Position numbers and translations under genes: made by a program. From Bugula neritina (Eukaryota > Animalia > Bryozoa), in contig OZ037768.1 in assembly GCA_964035545.1 (NCBI GenBank), forward strand, positions 6,914,741 to 6,978,740: a stretch of 64,000 nucleotides of DNA, in the 5' to 3' direction. The notes beneath the pieces are model-generated. The model was not told the DNA's origin, searched no databases, and saw nothing but the letters and a program-made list of their open reading frames with translations. Within the stretch, counting starts at the first letter, position 1; each line of letters opens with the position of its first letter. Below are positions 42,497-55,822 of the stretch, in pieces.

Positions 42497-45227
42497 ATGC
42501 AGAAGTCTATTTTCCCTTTCAAGCCAAAATACCTGAATAGAACATCTTGTCTTGTAAGCCTGATCAAAAGGTTCAGCGATGACACAAGACTCACGGCTAG
42601 CAGAGCATCTGCTACAACTTATCGGGGTCCATGTGTAGTTGGTGGGTGGATAAAAGCTGCAAGACACCAACGGAAGTTTAGCTTCATAAACATTATGGAT
42701 GGATTGTCCAAACGAGACCTTCAAATCGTGGCCCCTGCATCACTTATAAGTAATGTATCTGGTTTGCGTGTTGGAGCTTCTATAAAGGTTGCAGGGATAT
42801 TGGTTGATAGTCCAGCTAAAGGACAATGTGTAGAATTGCAGGCTGATAAAATTGATTTGCTAGGTCAAAATGATGACACATATCCGTTTGTTAGTAATAC
42901 TCATGCGTACAGTCCTGATTATATTAGGCAGTACTTACATTTGCGCTCAAAGAAACCGGAATTTTCCGCCATGTTGAGATTGCGAAGCAAATGTCGTCAG
43001 TTAATTCACAAATACTTTGCTGACAATGACTTTGTGCAAATAGACACTCCAATCCTAACTACTAATGATTGTGAAGGAGCCGGAGCAACCTTTTCTGTCA
43101 GTTCGTTGATGCAGAATCGGACACAACAAAATTTTTTTGGAGAAACAGGAGTCAATCTCACAGTATCTGGTCAGCTACATCTTGAGGCATCCAACTCTGG
43201 TGAATTATTACATTTTATTACTCACATTCTTTAGTATTCATTGTTGAATCATGTTGAATCAAAATTTGATTTGTTATTGTTGATAGGTATAGCTAAGGTG
43301 TACACATTTGGACCAACATTTAGAGCAGACAATGCTGTTGATACAACACATCTGGCTGAGTTCTACATGGTAGAAGGTGAAATTGCATTCATCAATGGAC
43401 TTGAGGATCTTTTAGAATGTGTAGAAGATTTAACTAAATCTGTAGCTAAAAGTATTATTGAGAATGAGCAAGAAGATATTGAAGCTTTATCGAGTGGCAG
43501 TACAGGGTAGAGTGCATTTATATTTATTGTAATATTAGATAAGATAACATTTAGATATTTTTCCCTCTATAAAAATATCTGTTAGTTTGTCAACCATTTA
43601 GCCTTCGAAGCAATCTAAAGTGTAGTTCATTTTTATTAGCATTTATAATGTTAAATAATATGAATTATTTGCTAAACATTAATAACTATGTTTACCTTCT
43701 TTTTATGGTTTTTTTAATGTAAATAATTCTCACTTTTGTAAATTAAAGAATCATAGTTTTATTAGAATCATGGCTTTGTGTTTTTGGGGTTATTTTCAAC
43801 ATCAAACACATCATTTCGGGGGATTATTATGGCCCATTTTAGGTATTTATCTTAGCACGAGAAGACAAATCTCAAAATATTTATTTTTATTATTGTTTTG
43901 TCATATAATCTCTGGTTTCTAACGATATTGACTTTAGGAGAAATATTTTGCTGCTTTACTTTACTCATCACTTATCTAACATTTTCTATCTTTCTAGGTG
44001 TGAGCAGCATGATATTACAAGATGTATAAACAACAAGTTTCACAGAATTACATACACTGAAGCTATAAAACTGTTGGAATCAGCCAGTGAAAACTTCTCA
44101 TTTAAACCAAAGTATGGAGAAGATATCAGAAGAGAGCATGAAAAGGTGTTTATTCAGTTGCTTTTTATTAGAAGCATTAGCTATCAGTTATATTATACTG
44201 TACTCTTACTATTGACTTTAAATATTAGTCATATTTCAGCAAACTTTTTCCATCTTCAAAGTAAATTAAACTGAAAACAGCATAATTCTGTGTTGATTCA
44301 TTTATCAGTAATGCTGGAAACTAACTGCTTTCAATATAATTTTTCAACATGAAATTACGTGCCTAAGCCACTGTTTTTAATGCAGTTTTTAGTCTGAGAA
44401 ACAAGAAATCAGTGATGGGTTTGTCAACCTTTGCAAGTCTTAAGTATAGTGTTGCGTTATTCTGCCATGGTTATTCTAACCCCAACTCTACTATTCTCTG
44501 CTGCAGTATATCCTGAAAGTTCATGACTCAATACCTGTCTTCATAACTGATTGGCCAAAAAGGCTGAAACCTTTCTACATGTATGTGAATGAGGATGGAG
44601 AAACTGTATCTTGTATGGACCTGATAGTTCCAGGACCCGGAGAATTGTTTGGTGGCAGTGTTAGAGAAAATAGGTATTAATAGTTTTCTTTCATACTTCA
44701 TAATTTTTTTTATAAATCCTTTATATTTCAAACTCTACTTCAGTTTTGAAAGTCCATGCTTTAACTCTCAAAAGGTGTCAATTTGTAGTATTATGTCTGC
44801 TGTGTATAATTTGAGAATTATAAGGATTTTATACATTTTATTCAACTAAAACTTGGCCAACCTCATAATGCTTTATGATTTTGATACATTAAATAATTAT
44901 GATTAGTCCATACTAGCATTCTAATGGTTAAATAGTATCGTCATTCTACTAGCAGCTGTTTTTTGTGTTAGCTTCAGAACCACCCCAAGTTTCTGAACAC
45001 TGAACTCAGTCTGGTAATATTTTAGACATGGTGTACTGAAGAAATCTCTTGAAGATGCTGATATGCGGGAGAGTTGCGACTGGTATCTAGATATAAGGCA
45101 ATATGGATCTGTTCCCCACGCAGGCTTTGGCATGGGATTTGAACGGTTTTTACAATTTCTTTTTGGCATAAAACAAATAAGAGACACTCTACCATTTCCA
45201 AGATATGCAAATAATTGTAAGCTATAA
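42497..45227 (+). CDS. NARS2: Mitochondrial asparagine-tRNA ligase
   Basis: Basic presequence-like N-terminus, OB fold (GWI...FINIMDG), [23 protein letters not shown]...[19 protein letters not shown] and [11 protein letters not shown]. Five exons. Confidence 0.92.
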
Positions 45228-45540
45228 AGGTTTTACTTTGTATAAAAGTGTATTTAATCATTTTGTATAACTTTTAGATTGTAGTACAAAAATATATGAG
45301 TTGAATAATTTACCAGTCTTGTAACTTTTAACAAACAAAAATTTAGCACATAAAATAATAATAATAATAGCACAATGAATACCAGTTTCATTATCAAAAC
45401 AAAATTTTACTAAATGTATTCTGCACAGAGCTAAGTAAGTTTTACTAATGGATGTTTTGTTTGAAATTAATATTTACTCTGTTCATTATTGAGGAATGAA
45501 TAAATAGTTTGATTTGGTTTCATACTCTCTCACTGTATCA

Positions 45541-48500
45541 CTAGATGCTGTCGTATCCTGTTTGTCGGTTCAGAGGCTGACTATCACTTCCTTTTTGACA
45601 GCAGCATGGGAAGACATATTTAAATCCATTCTATCAATCACACAAATACATATTTAAACATTTGCACTTTCAGGTAATGTAAATCTTTGCCTTGATTATA
45701 ATTTATAATAATATAAATACATGCATGCATTACACACATCATTTATTTTATTATTTATTGTAAGGCAATAACGTTATGCTTTATCGGCAAAGTTCTATGA
45801 ATTCCTGAAGCTCTAAACTAAAAGTTATATCTGAAGTGTACGTTTCTTTGACCTTTCACCTCAACAGAGTTGGAAAGTAATGAAAGTGCTGCTAAACAAT
45901 TTTCTGGAACAGAAAATTGTGCATTTGAGTCTTAAACTAACGCTGACTATTTTAGAATATATTACTTACTTTTGCTTCTGAAGGTATATTAGACCATAAG
46001 CCATAGTTAGGGATAATTTCTACACCTTTGTTTCCCTTACACGCATTCAGAGTACATCCAGCTGCACAATACAGCACCAAGCAAGAGAAAAATCTACAAC
46101 AAAATACAACCCAATGACGTGTTTCTACAATTGCTGAGAAAAATGTATCTTAAAAAAAAGTTTATTCCAACTATATATCAGAAAGTCTATTCTGCCTTTA
46201 GACTTCAATTTAATATTTCCATGGGAGGAATTTAATATATATTCTATTAAATTATTTGAATAGCAGTGTTCTACTACTAACTAATCACTTTAAATACTTA
46301 CATAATGAGTAAGATGCTACCAGCGCTGAGGTACTTGACTGCTGGACTTATTGTTGGTGCAATTGGGGCTATTGTTGGTCCAATTGGAACTATCGTTGGA
46401 GCTAATGGAAGGCATGCTCCAGCATATTCCACAAATATCCAATACTGAGATTTGAGAAACGAACAGAAAATGTTTATTGATACTACTTGCACAATGTCAA
46501 CAATAACAACTCATTGTTTTGTTAATAAGAGGTAGAAAATAATCAAGGTATATGCGGTAGCAAAAGAAATTGTCTTCTCGCAAGCTAAACTCTCCTTGCG
46601 TGTGACTACAACTACAAAATTATTGTTGGAAGCCCAAGTTGTTTAAGCCAGAAACAGCATTCTTTTCATACAACTACAAGTCACAAATCTTAAAGTAGCA
46701 TAATTTAAGGTTAGCTGCTGTGTTAATGCTTACCTCCATAGATACATTATTGAAGAGCACTCGTACGTTTCCTGGTACTTGATTAGGACTTGTGTCTACA
46801 CAACACAATTATATTTACACAATCTACACATAATTGATAGTATAGCCAACGCACTTTCTAGAATGCAAACTATTAAATCTCACTAGCCAACCTCTCATCA
46901 TTTTAAAATGTTTAAAGGTCTGACAAGATTTAAAAGATATTGAAGCAAATAATGCAAACAAAAGCAATTTCTTTGCAAATTCACATGATATTTTTAATTA
47001 GAAGCCTCTTTTTAAAAGACTAGCAAAACTCTGCTTTGTTTTTTTATGTGAAAAAAATATATTCAAATTAACAACAATAAAATAGACATCATCATACTTG
47101 CATTGATTAATACTCCACAAAGCGAAAAAATTAATTCATACCAAATATATAGTACTGTTAACAAACATGTGTTAATTGATTTAGCAACTCTCCGTGGAGA
47201 GACAAACCTAGATATTTGCATACCATCAGGGTTAATGAGCCATGGGACTTTTCTGTTGCATTGGAACAAAATTGCTACAGAGACAGACTTGTTCACTTTA
47301 GTTGTAGGGTTTTCAACAACTTCCCCATGAGAAAACTGTGCAGTGAAACCTTCTGCTCCTGAAACGACCAATAAAATATGAACTATATAAAAACTTATGA
47401 AGGACAACTACATAATATGTAGCTTTCATAATTTCAAAATTATTAAATCCAAGTATATGCATTTTTCTATAGCTTTATATTGTAAGCAAATTCAATTCTA
47501 ACCGTCAAGAGATCGAACAAAGGGGTTTATGCTACTATTGTATCCCCCAATTTTATACTGCCTCGCCATTGTGCTGCCTTTGAGATCTACTTGGCAAACC
47601 GCCCCTCCATTGCATGAGTCTTGCAACCCTTCAAGGGGCTTGCAAAATGAGAATATATATGAGCATGTTGTACTGTTATCCCACACATCCAGACAAAAAC
47701 TTTTTCCATTTCCCAGAATTTGCCATGAATCTGCTCTGTAAAAAATAACTAAACTTTGCATTTTCAAGACAATTGGATAGTTCCAGGTAAAGATATATTA
47801 TGAGCTGTATATGTTTATTGCAAACAGCAGCAACAATTTCTATGTATATTATGCTACAGGATAATATAGCACTATGTAAAAATTTCAAATAAATTTAGAG
47901 CAAAGCTTTAAATTTGTCATGGTATGCGGCTTTGTAAAATAACACTTGGTTCAATATATTAGTATGATGAACAATTTTAGAAATTTTACTGTAAATTTTA
48001 ATTTGGTATTTTCTATGTTGTTAAGTATCCTTTATGTGGTGTAAATTATAATTTAAAGTCTACTTTTAACGTAGTAATTGAATACTTTTAAATTATAGTA
48101 AAGTTTCACACTGCAAAACAATTTTACCATAAGGTCAAACTTTTGTAGACTATGGCTCTGTTCTTTTATACTATATACATAATATATATTAATTCTTAAC
48201 GTGTTTAGGCAGATAAAACTTTTTAAGCATAAGAAAGATTCTAGGCATTAAATTTCTTTGAGTCAGATAATAACAGTTACACCAATGCATTATTAATGAA
48301 TAGTAGTAATAATAGTTGTAATTAAAACTTTTGAGCCTATTGCAATATTTTAGCAGTTTGGAGTTTCAAATTTACATGTAAGTTTTTTCACTGTGATTTT
48401 CAAACATTAAACTAATAAAGGGTTATTTCAAAATTGAAATTTAAGTTTTATTTTTAATTTTTAAAAGTGAAAAGTAACTAGTAACTTGCCTTTTCAGTCT

Positions 48501-48786
48501 TAGGAATTTTGAATAATTGCTTCATCGATTTGTCATGCCATAAGGGTCTATATTCACTGTTTGGTATTAGCTCTGGTGTTGTTTAAAAGTGCAGCAATTT
48601 TAAACTTTTAAACTGTTACAGTCTCAATTTTTTGACAATGTACCATCACTATAGCTCTTACCTGGACAAGTTCTTGATATCGTACAGGTCAATACCACAC
48701 AGTTCAACTGGGGTAACTGTAGTAAGAGCTTTGCTAGGTTGGCTAAAGATTAGTGGTATCAAAAAACAAAATTTACAAACCCACAT
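45541..48786 (-). CDS. Single-MRH-domain type I membrane protein (CD-M6PR/ATG27-like)
   Basis: Signal peptide MWVCKFCFLIPLIF, MRH-like Cys pattern (YIFSFCKPL...AVCQ...IG), Pro/Thr stalk, TM (LSAGSILLIIFFSCLVLYCAAG), GVEIIPNYGLWSNIP, and tail ...CCC...GYDSI*. Seven exons in consistent phase. Confidence 0.8.
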
Positions 48787-51444
48787 TTTTTATTTGATTA
48801 AGCTTTATACGATAGAGAAGTAAATAACCCAGAATATAAAATTACACCTACCAGTTCCAACTGTAACAAAAGGGGTGTGTCTGCAAAGTTAGCGCGACCG
48901 GATATTGTATTAGAAGTAAACAAACACTGTTTTTCCTCTTAAATCAACTATCTAGCAGTTTTCAAATGTTCGAATATACGACAACAAAAGGTGATGTATT
49001 TAACGGCGACGTGAACCTAGCTTTTGGTGGCAAATTTGCTCAATCCGATAATAACATTTTCTAGCTCATTATTGTTGCCATCGGCGCTGCAATACGACTT
49101 TCATTCGATTTCGTGATTATCACTAATCAAAAGATTTCATTGTCACCTTGCATAATTGCAACGTGATGCACTGAAATACACTACAAGTCTATTGATACGC
49201 TACTAACTCTAAGTAGTATTAGTATATTCATAATAGGAATATTGTATTTATTATGAGTTACTGTTGTTACTGTTAGTGTTGGTCATTAGACTTACTCTTA
49301 CTCTTAGAGTTAGTGTTAGTAACACTAACACTGTTACTGTTAGTGTTAGACCTAGTTGAAGGAGATGTACTACTACTTGTAGTTGTAGTACTAGTACACT
49401 GTAAATATGAGTATGAGTAACTGTAAGTGTCAGTGTGACAGTAGACGTAGTACTAGTGGTAGTACTAGTACTATGTCTATTAGTATTAAATCAAAATGAA
49501 AATGTAATGCCGACTTTAATAATAGTTATAGCAGTAGTAGACAGTACTCAGTAGTAATACTTATACTGGGTCTAATAACTATAAGTATAAATAACTATTA
49601 GTATTACTATGCCGATGCGTAATAATTATAAAGTTAAATAATTTAAATTTTAATGTTTATCTTCATCTTTCAGTTACCAAGTCTAATATTGATAATTATT
49701 TTAATAATTATAATTATATAATCAATTATTAGTGATAACTACAACTAGAACTACAAGGAGTATCAGTAAGAAGTAAGAGTAGTAGTGTTACTATAATTGG
49801 AATGATCAATAATGAGTCACTGACTTTTTCAGCTTAGCTTTTTACCATGCCTATTACTATTAGTAGGATATTAATATTATAATTGTAAGATCAAGTATAA
49901 CATTAAAGGAGTGAAGTAGCGAATTAAAGTAAATGTAATTGCTAATATTAATATAAGCAACAATACAACAATTACATTTATATTAATGATATTTGTGTGT
50001 ATTTGATATTTGATTTATGGTAATGAATACACTGGGTCTATTATTATTTTAACAGTGCTATTGGTATTATATTATATTCAGTATCAATGTTTACAGTAGG
50101 TAGTATCCATGTTGTCACTAAAAATCACTCACTAAATTAACCATAAGTTACCTTCCAGTGTAACACTTACTGTGAATCATCATTGTAAAACTAAAAACAA
50201 GTGATTTGATAAATTATATGCTGCACATTTGTATTTAGTAATTATGTAATATCACTGCTGATACTCTGTTAGTCCATGATTATCTAACATATTATATTAA
50301 ATTTTACTGTTGCTATGATCTTTGTTAAGATATTAGTATTTAAGGATCCATTAGGAATGTTCCGGTCATTTATATCAAGAGTTGTCCTTACTTTTTACTC
50401 TTGAATAATTATTTGCATTTTGAAAAGCTCAAGTTTGCAATTAATTGAAATGATTTTTAACAAAAATTTTAAACTGTATACTTTAGCCAACTTTGACTAA
50501 TAATCATATAATTGTCCTTTCTGTTGTACAGACCACTTTCAATCTAAATTAGCTGCTACTAGACATTACTTTATTTAATAGATATATTATTATAGCTGCT
50601 GAAGCTTACACAATATGTGGCCAGTTTCTTAGTTTTTTATGTAACCCAAATATTACTAGTAAAGTTACCAGCCTGTCATTACTTAAGTGTGAAGCTGGGA
50701 GCAGACCTTAAAACAACTAATAGTCTTTAAATGTTGCTACCTGTCAAGTTAGTTTAATTTGTTGCTATAATAACAATAATTATGTTTATTGTTATCTGCA
50801 CCACCCAGTTAACTATTCCAAACACCGGTCTGAACTTCCAAGTTTTTATCTAGAATAATAAGCTTTGATATAATAATGATGTCATATAGATAATGGGAAG
50901 CTTCAGTGCTTATAATGTGTTACACTTGAGCTGGTCCACATATTTTCAATCCTTAATCCTTGGTTCTAACTGACCTAGTTGTTACTGTTCCATCGACTGT
51001 GGAAGTTGTTGGGCTGTAGTGCTCCTGTGCAGTTATACATTTCACGACTTCAATAGTTATTCAGTACTAAACAATAGTAAGCAGGTATATTGCATTATAT
51101 ATTCCTATTAGTTTCTTCTCTATATTTATATATTATTATATGATTATTAGCTTGTGTTAATTTAACATTTCATTAGCTACTCAAGCTCATTCTCATTGGT
51201 AGAAGGGCGGTGTCTGTTAGATAGTAGTGGGCTTAGACTTCAAACATGCAAGAATCATTTTTCATTTGCTATTGTGTATTATTAGAAGATAGGTGGGCGT
51301 ATAATAGGCATTTGACACTGCATCAGCACACGGAGAATAGCCTAACCTAACTCGGTTGACACAGCTAATTTGATGCTTGGTTTGTGATCAATCCTTTAAG
51401 CTGCTTATCATTGAGATTTCTGATTTTGCATCAGTAAGAGCATA

Positions 51445-54400
51445 ATGAGTGATGAGGTGCACAACGAGGAGCAAGCTCCAGCTGATGTAGGAGATTTGAC
51501 TTTGCAAGACACTACCAAAGAGGAGGGGGAAACAACGTAAGTGTTTTATTTTTTACTCATAGGTGTGACTGAGTCAGCACCAGGCATCAAGTTTAAGGAA
51601 TAACATTCATTCAACTTTCTGCATAAACTGTAAACATCTGGCATACAAATATAAAACTAGTTCAAACTCGTGATGTTATTGTAAGAAAAAAACAATAGAT
51701 GTTGTAAGGTTATGAATGCAGCTAAAATCTCTCTGTGAATTAATGTGTATAGAAAAAAAATGCAATTCAGAGGCAGTTTGATAGTTGATCGTGCCCAATT
51801 AATTAGTTGAAGGCAGTTGTGCTACTCTCAACAGCTTAGTGTACAGTTCTGAGCAGCTTTTAGCGTAGCAGGTAGAAAAAATTCTAGTGGTGGTTTTTCA
51901 ATATGAGGTGAGTTATTAGGTTGTAGCTTGTGCTTATTAAGCAACCATGCGTGTCTTTTTACCCATTAATAAGAAGACCATAGTAAACCCATATGATAAA
52001 TCATCAACTATGTGATCAGTGGCAAATGAAGAGCTGGTCAAGTGAAGTTTCTTCAGGGATGTATTTTACAAATGAAGCATATATTTTGAACCTAACGTTA
52101 TGGGCCAATGTGTATGGATGCTGGTATGCATAATTTAGCTGTTTTTTAAATTAAAATTAGGTTAACATATGTTTTAGCATTAATAATACCTAGTAATTAT
52201 TTTTGCAATAATGCTGGATGTTTAGTAAGTAACATATTCATCAAATTTGTGGCATTTATATATTCTAAAATAGCATAAGATTTTGACAAAGTTGATCTTA
52301 AACTACTTCTTTATTCCCTGTATAAATATAATGAGAGTTACATAAATTTTAAATTCCAGGTTATATGTTAAGGTTTTATGTAGTAGAATTTTTTCCACAC
52401 TGAACCCTAACTTTTTAAGGTACTAATGGCTGCATCACTCAAACATTCAACTGGCAGTTTACTGTAAGGTGCAGAGATTTAGATTTTCATTTAGCTTGGG
52501 TTTTTAATTTTTAATTTGGGTTTTGTGTTTGGAGCACGGTTGCTCAATTCATTAGTAAGACAACTTCACATTCTACAAAGTTTTACTGGAACTAGTGCTA
52601 TTTGAAAAAGCTAAAGTTGACTACTAGATGGCACAATACTGACTAACAATATTTTAATAATTAACATGATGACTATTTACTGTGGGATGTGTAGTAGGCA
52701 GAAGTATATATCATCAAGTAGCACAACAGAATAAGAGCTCTCAGCTCTCCACTTACTCTTAGTAAAGTATTGGAAATATGTCTAGATTAGGGAGTTAGAG
52801 ATCTGCCCACTAACATCAGTAAATGGTAATGGTGCAAATTGTAACAGTATTGCTGGTTTTATATTTATGAAACTAGATATAGTATGGGCTGAAATATACA
52901 TAGAACTCTATATAGTATAGACTACAATATACATAGAACACTACGTAGTATGCAGTACAATATACATAGAACTCTATATAGTATAGGCTACAATATACAG
53001 GGAACCCTATATACTATATAGTATGTGCTACAATATACAGGGAACCCTATATACTATATAGTATGCGCTACAATATTACAATATGGTGTGATTTGTGATT
53101 CACTTCTCTCAGATGTGACCAACATATGCAAAATCCGCATGTCATCAAAATGTGTGCCAACTCGTGAACTTTGTCATGGCTTGGGTATGGCATGATATAA
53201 CCAACAAATCAGCATGTGTTATGCCATTGAGTCATCTTCTATATACACACTAGTATTCCCAAGGGCAGAATCTAGAGGTATACTGTGTGTAGCGCTGCCA
53301 CATGACATCCTCGTCATCAGAATAACTTCCTTTAGCAAAGCTTACTTCTCTAACCTCACCCTATATATGCCTCTACAATGGGCTTGGCACAAGCCAAAAG
53401 GAAATAAAACTATAGGTTTAACCTAAACCATTGCACCCTATTTGAGATTTTGGAGATTCTGTTGAAATAATATGTATTATTTTGTAGTTGCACATCACAA
53501 CAGGCTACAGGAACTCCACCAGCTACTGAAGAAAGAAATGGTAAGCTTCTGTGAATTTTTATTTAAATATGAGCATTGTTGGAAAGTTGTTGTCATTATG
53601 AGAGTTGCTTGTTAACTTTAGAAATGTATTAATAGCAATGGCACGCTACGAGGAATTTAGCTTACGATCTAGGTTACCTCTATGAGTTTTGGTTTGGAGT
53701 GCCCATATTTCCTCTAGAGTTTTTTAATCTGTTTTCTAAAGCTCAGTCTTTTTGATGCTTGATGGAATGCCTGCCTCTATTACAACTAGCTAAATAAACT
53801 ATTAGTTGAGACTATTAATTTTATTGATCTTTGTTGTTTGTTCACAGTTACAGCTCCCTCCTCTTATAGCAGTTGGTGGCCAATGCCTAGTAGCTCCATA
53901 TAATTATGCTATTGTCATTTAGTTTAAGTTTAAGGCATTATGTAATCGTGACATGTGAACTGCACGATGTTGGGTGCACTTGATAATACAGGTGGCTTGA
54001 GTGCCGGTGTCAGGACCCCTTTGCTCTTTGGTAACTCTGCTTTGCTAAAAGATTTGTGCTAATTTCAGCGTAGTTTCCATGGTGATAACAGCATACGAAT
54101 TGTATGCTAATATATCTTAGGTACTCAACAGGCTAAATTTAACAGATATTTTGCCATAATTGATTAATTGATTTATTGAACTAATTAGAAGTATGCATAC
54201 TTCATCACCGCCACTATCCAATATGAATGGTAAGTATAATTCGTATGTTAATTGGTATGATGGGAATGATTGCTGCATCAACAAGTGAATGATTATACTC
54301 TAAAGTAGTGTACAGCTAGTTGTGTAGAATATGCACAGTTATACTCTTGCACACCTGCAGATGCTACTATCTTACTAATAGAAATTTTACTGCTATTTGC

Positions 54401-55762
54401 TAGAATATTTCATTGTAAATCATCTGGAATAGTTCACCACAATAGGAGTGTTGATTCAAACTGATTAGGAACTTGTTAGCTCTATAAATTAGTTATAAGT
54501 TATGGGCTATTAGCTGAATGCAAAGTCCAATTGGCCGAAGTCACGTTACAAAGGTGCTGCCCATTCAGAGCTGTAATGTCACGCCATACACTCTGGCACA
54601 CAGTCCTGCTGTTATAGCAGGTCTATAATAATAATTTCCGTGATTCCAATGCTTATCTCTGCTATGTAAATCATATACATATTAACTATAGAGTTATGCC
54701 TAAAATAAATTTGAGTTTTTCAATCTACCATGTCCACCTGTTGGAATTGATTTACTGTTTTTTAAGCAATAGAAATAATTTCTTAATGCACAGTTGTTAT
54801 ATGATACTGCCATTATGTATATTTGGGTGCAGTAGTGGAGAAATTTTACTAATCCAAGTTTTTTAATTTTCCTAATATATTTTGGTTTAATTCATGGTTG
54901 AAATTCTCACGAGAACATAACTTTTGCTACACTTCTAATCTAGAAGACAGGCTTTTCTCTATTTCTCCATTACTGTACCTTCCCCTATATTCCGATGTAA
55001 AGCATGTTTCTGTACTGTACGGAGTTGCATACACTGTTTAGAATCTGATAAATACTGCGAGGCTGAGTCACCAATAACATGGGTGAGGGATGCTGCCGTG
55101 AAAGTCAGGTATGGCAAGTCGGTAATGGAGTCTATGAACTCTGTTACTGTCATGTCATTGGTCAAATCTACCATCAGGAAACACCCAAATGCTAGAGCTC
55201 TTGGTACGTCATTTATAGATATATTTTCATCTTCACTCTTAGCTGCTGTTGTTTCTTGTAAACTTCTGTCGTAGTATATAGCTGGTATATTGATTAAATT
55301 TACTGCTTTCATTTCAAGTTAAAAAGTTATTTATTTACCAGTAACAATTCTTGTATCTACGGGAAGTGTATATATTGAGAAAAATATGTTATGTAATTTT
55401 ACAGTTCATCTTGTTGACCAATAACATGCAGCCATGCTTATTATTTCTTTCACATAGTAAAGCATGGTTTCAAGATTTTAGAATTAGGTCACTGTAGAAC
55501 TTAGATACTCATGCTGTAGGAATAATATATCATTTTATTTGTCTACAGGAAACTATATATATTCTTTTCCAACTTTGATTTAACTTTTATATTCTATCCT
55601 TGAATAGTATCAACTTTTTGGTAAATTTATATTTTGTGACCAGTGCTTTTAATTATTTGTATTTTAATACTAGCCTACAAAGAGAATGGGGCTTACCAAT
55701 ACTGGACCTACAAACAGTACTACCAACAGATTTTAGCTACTGCCAAATCCTTTATCAAGGTA

Positions 55763-55822
<60 letters not shown>

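Noticed and set aside
42480-42497. Splice acceptors just upstream of several ATGs, suggesting SL trans-splicing or operons
   Set aside because: Equally explained by ordinary 5'UTR introns, and not testable without transcripts.
54959-55312. 117-aa minus-strand ORF
   Set aside because: Antisense to an ACSBG exon, with no recognisable domain.
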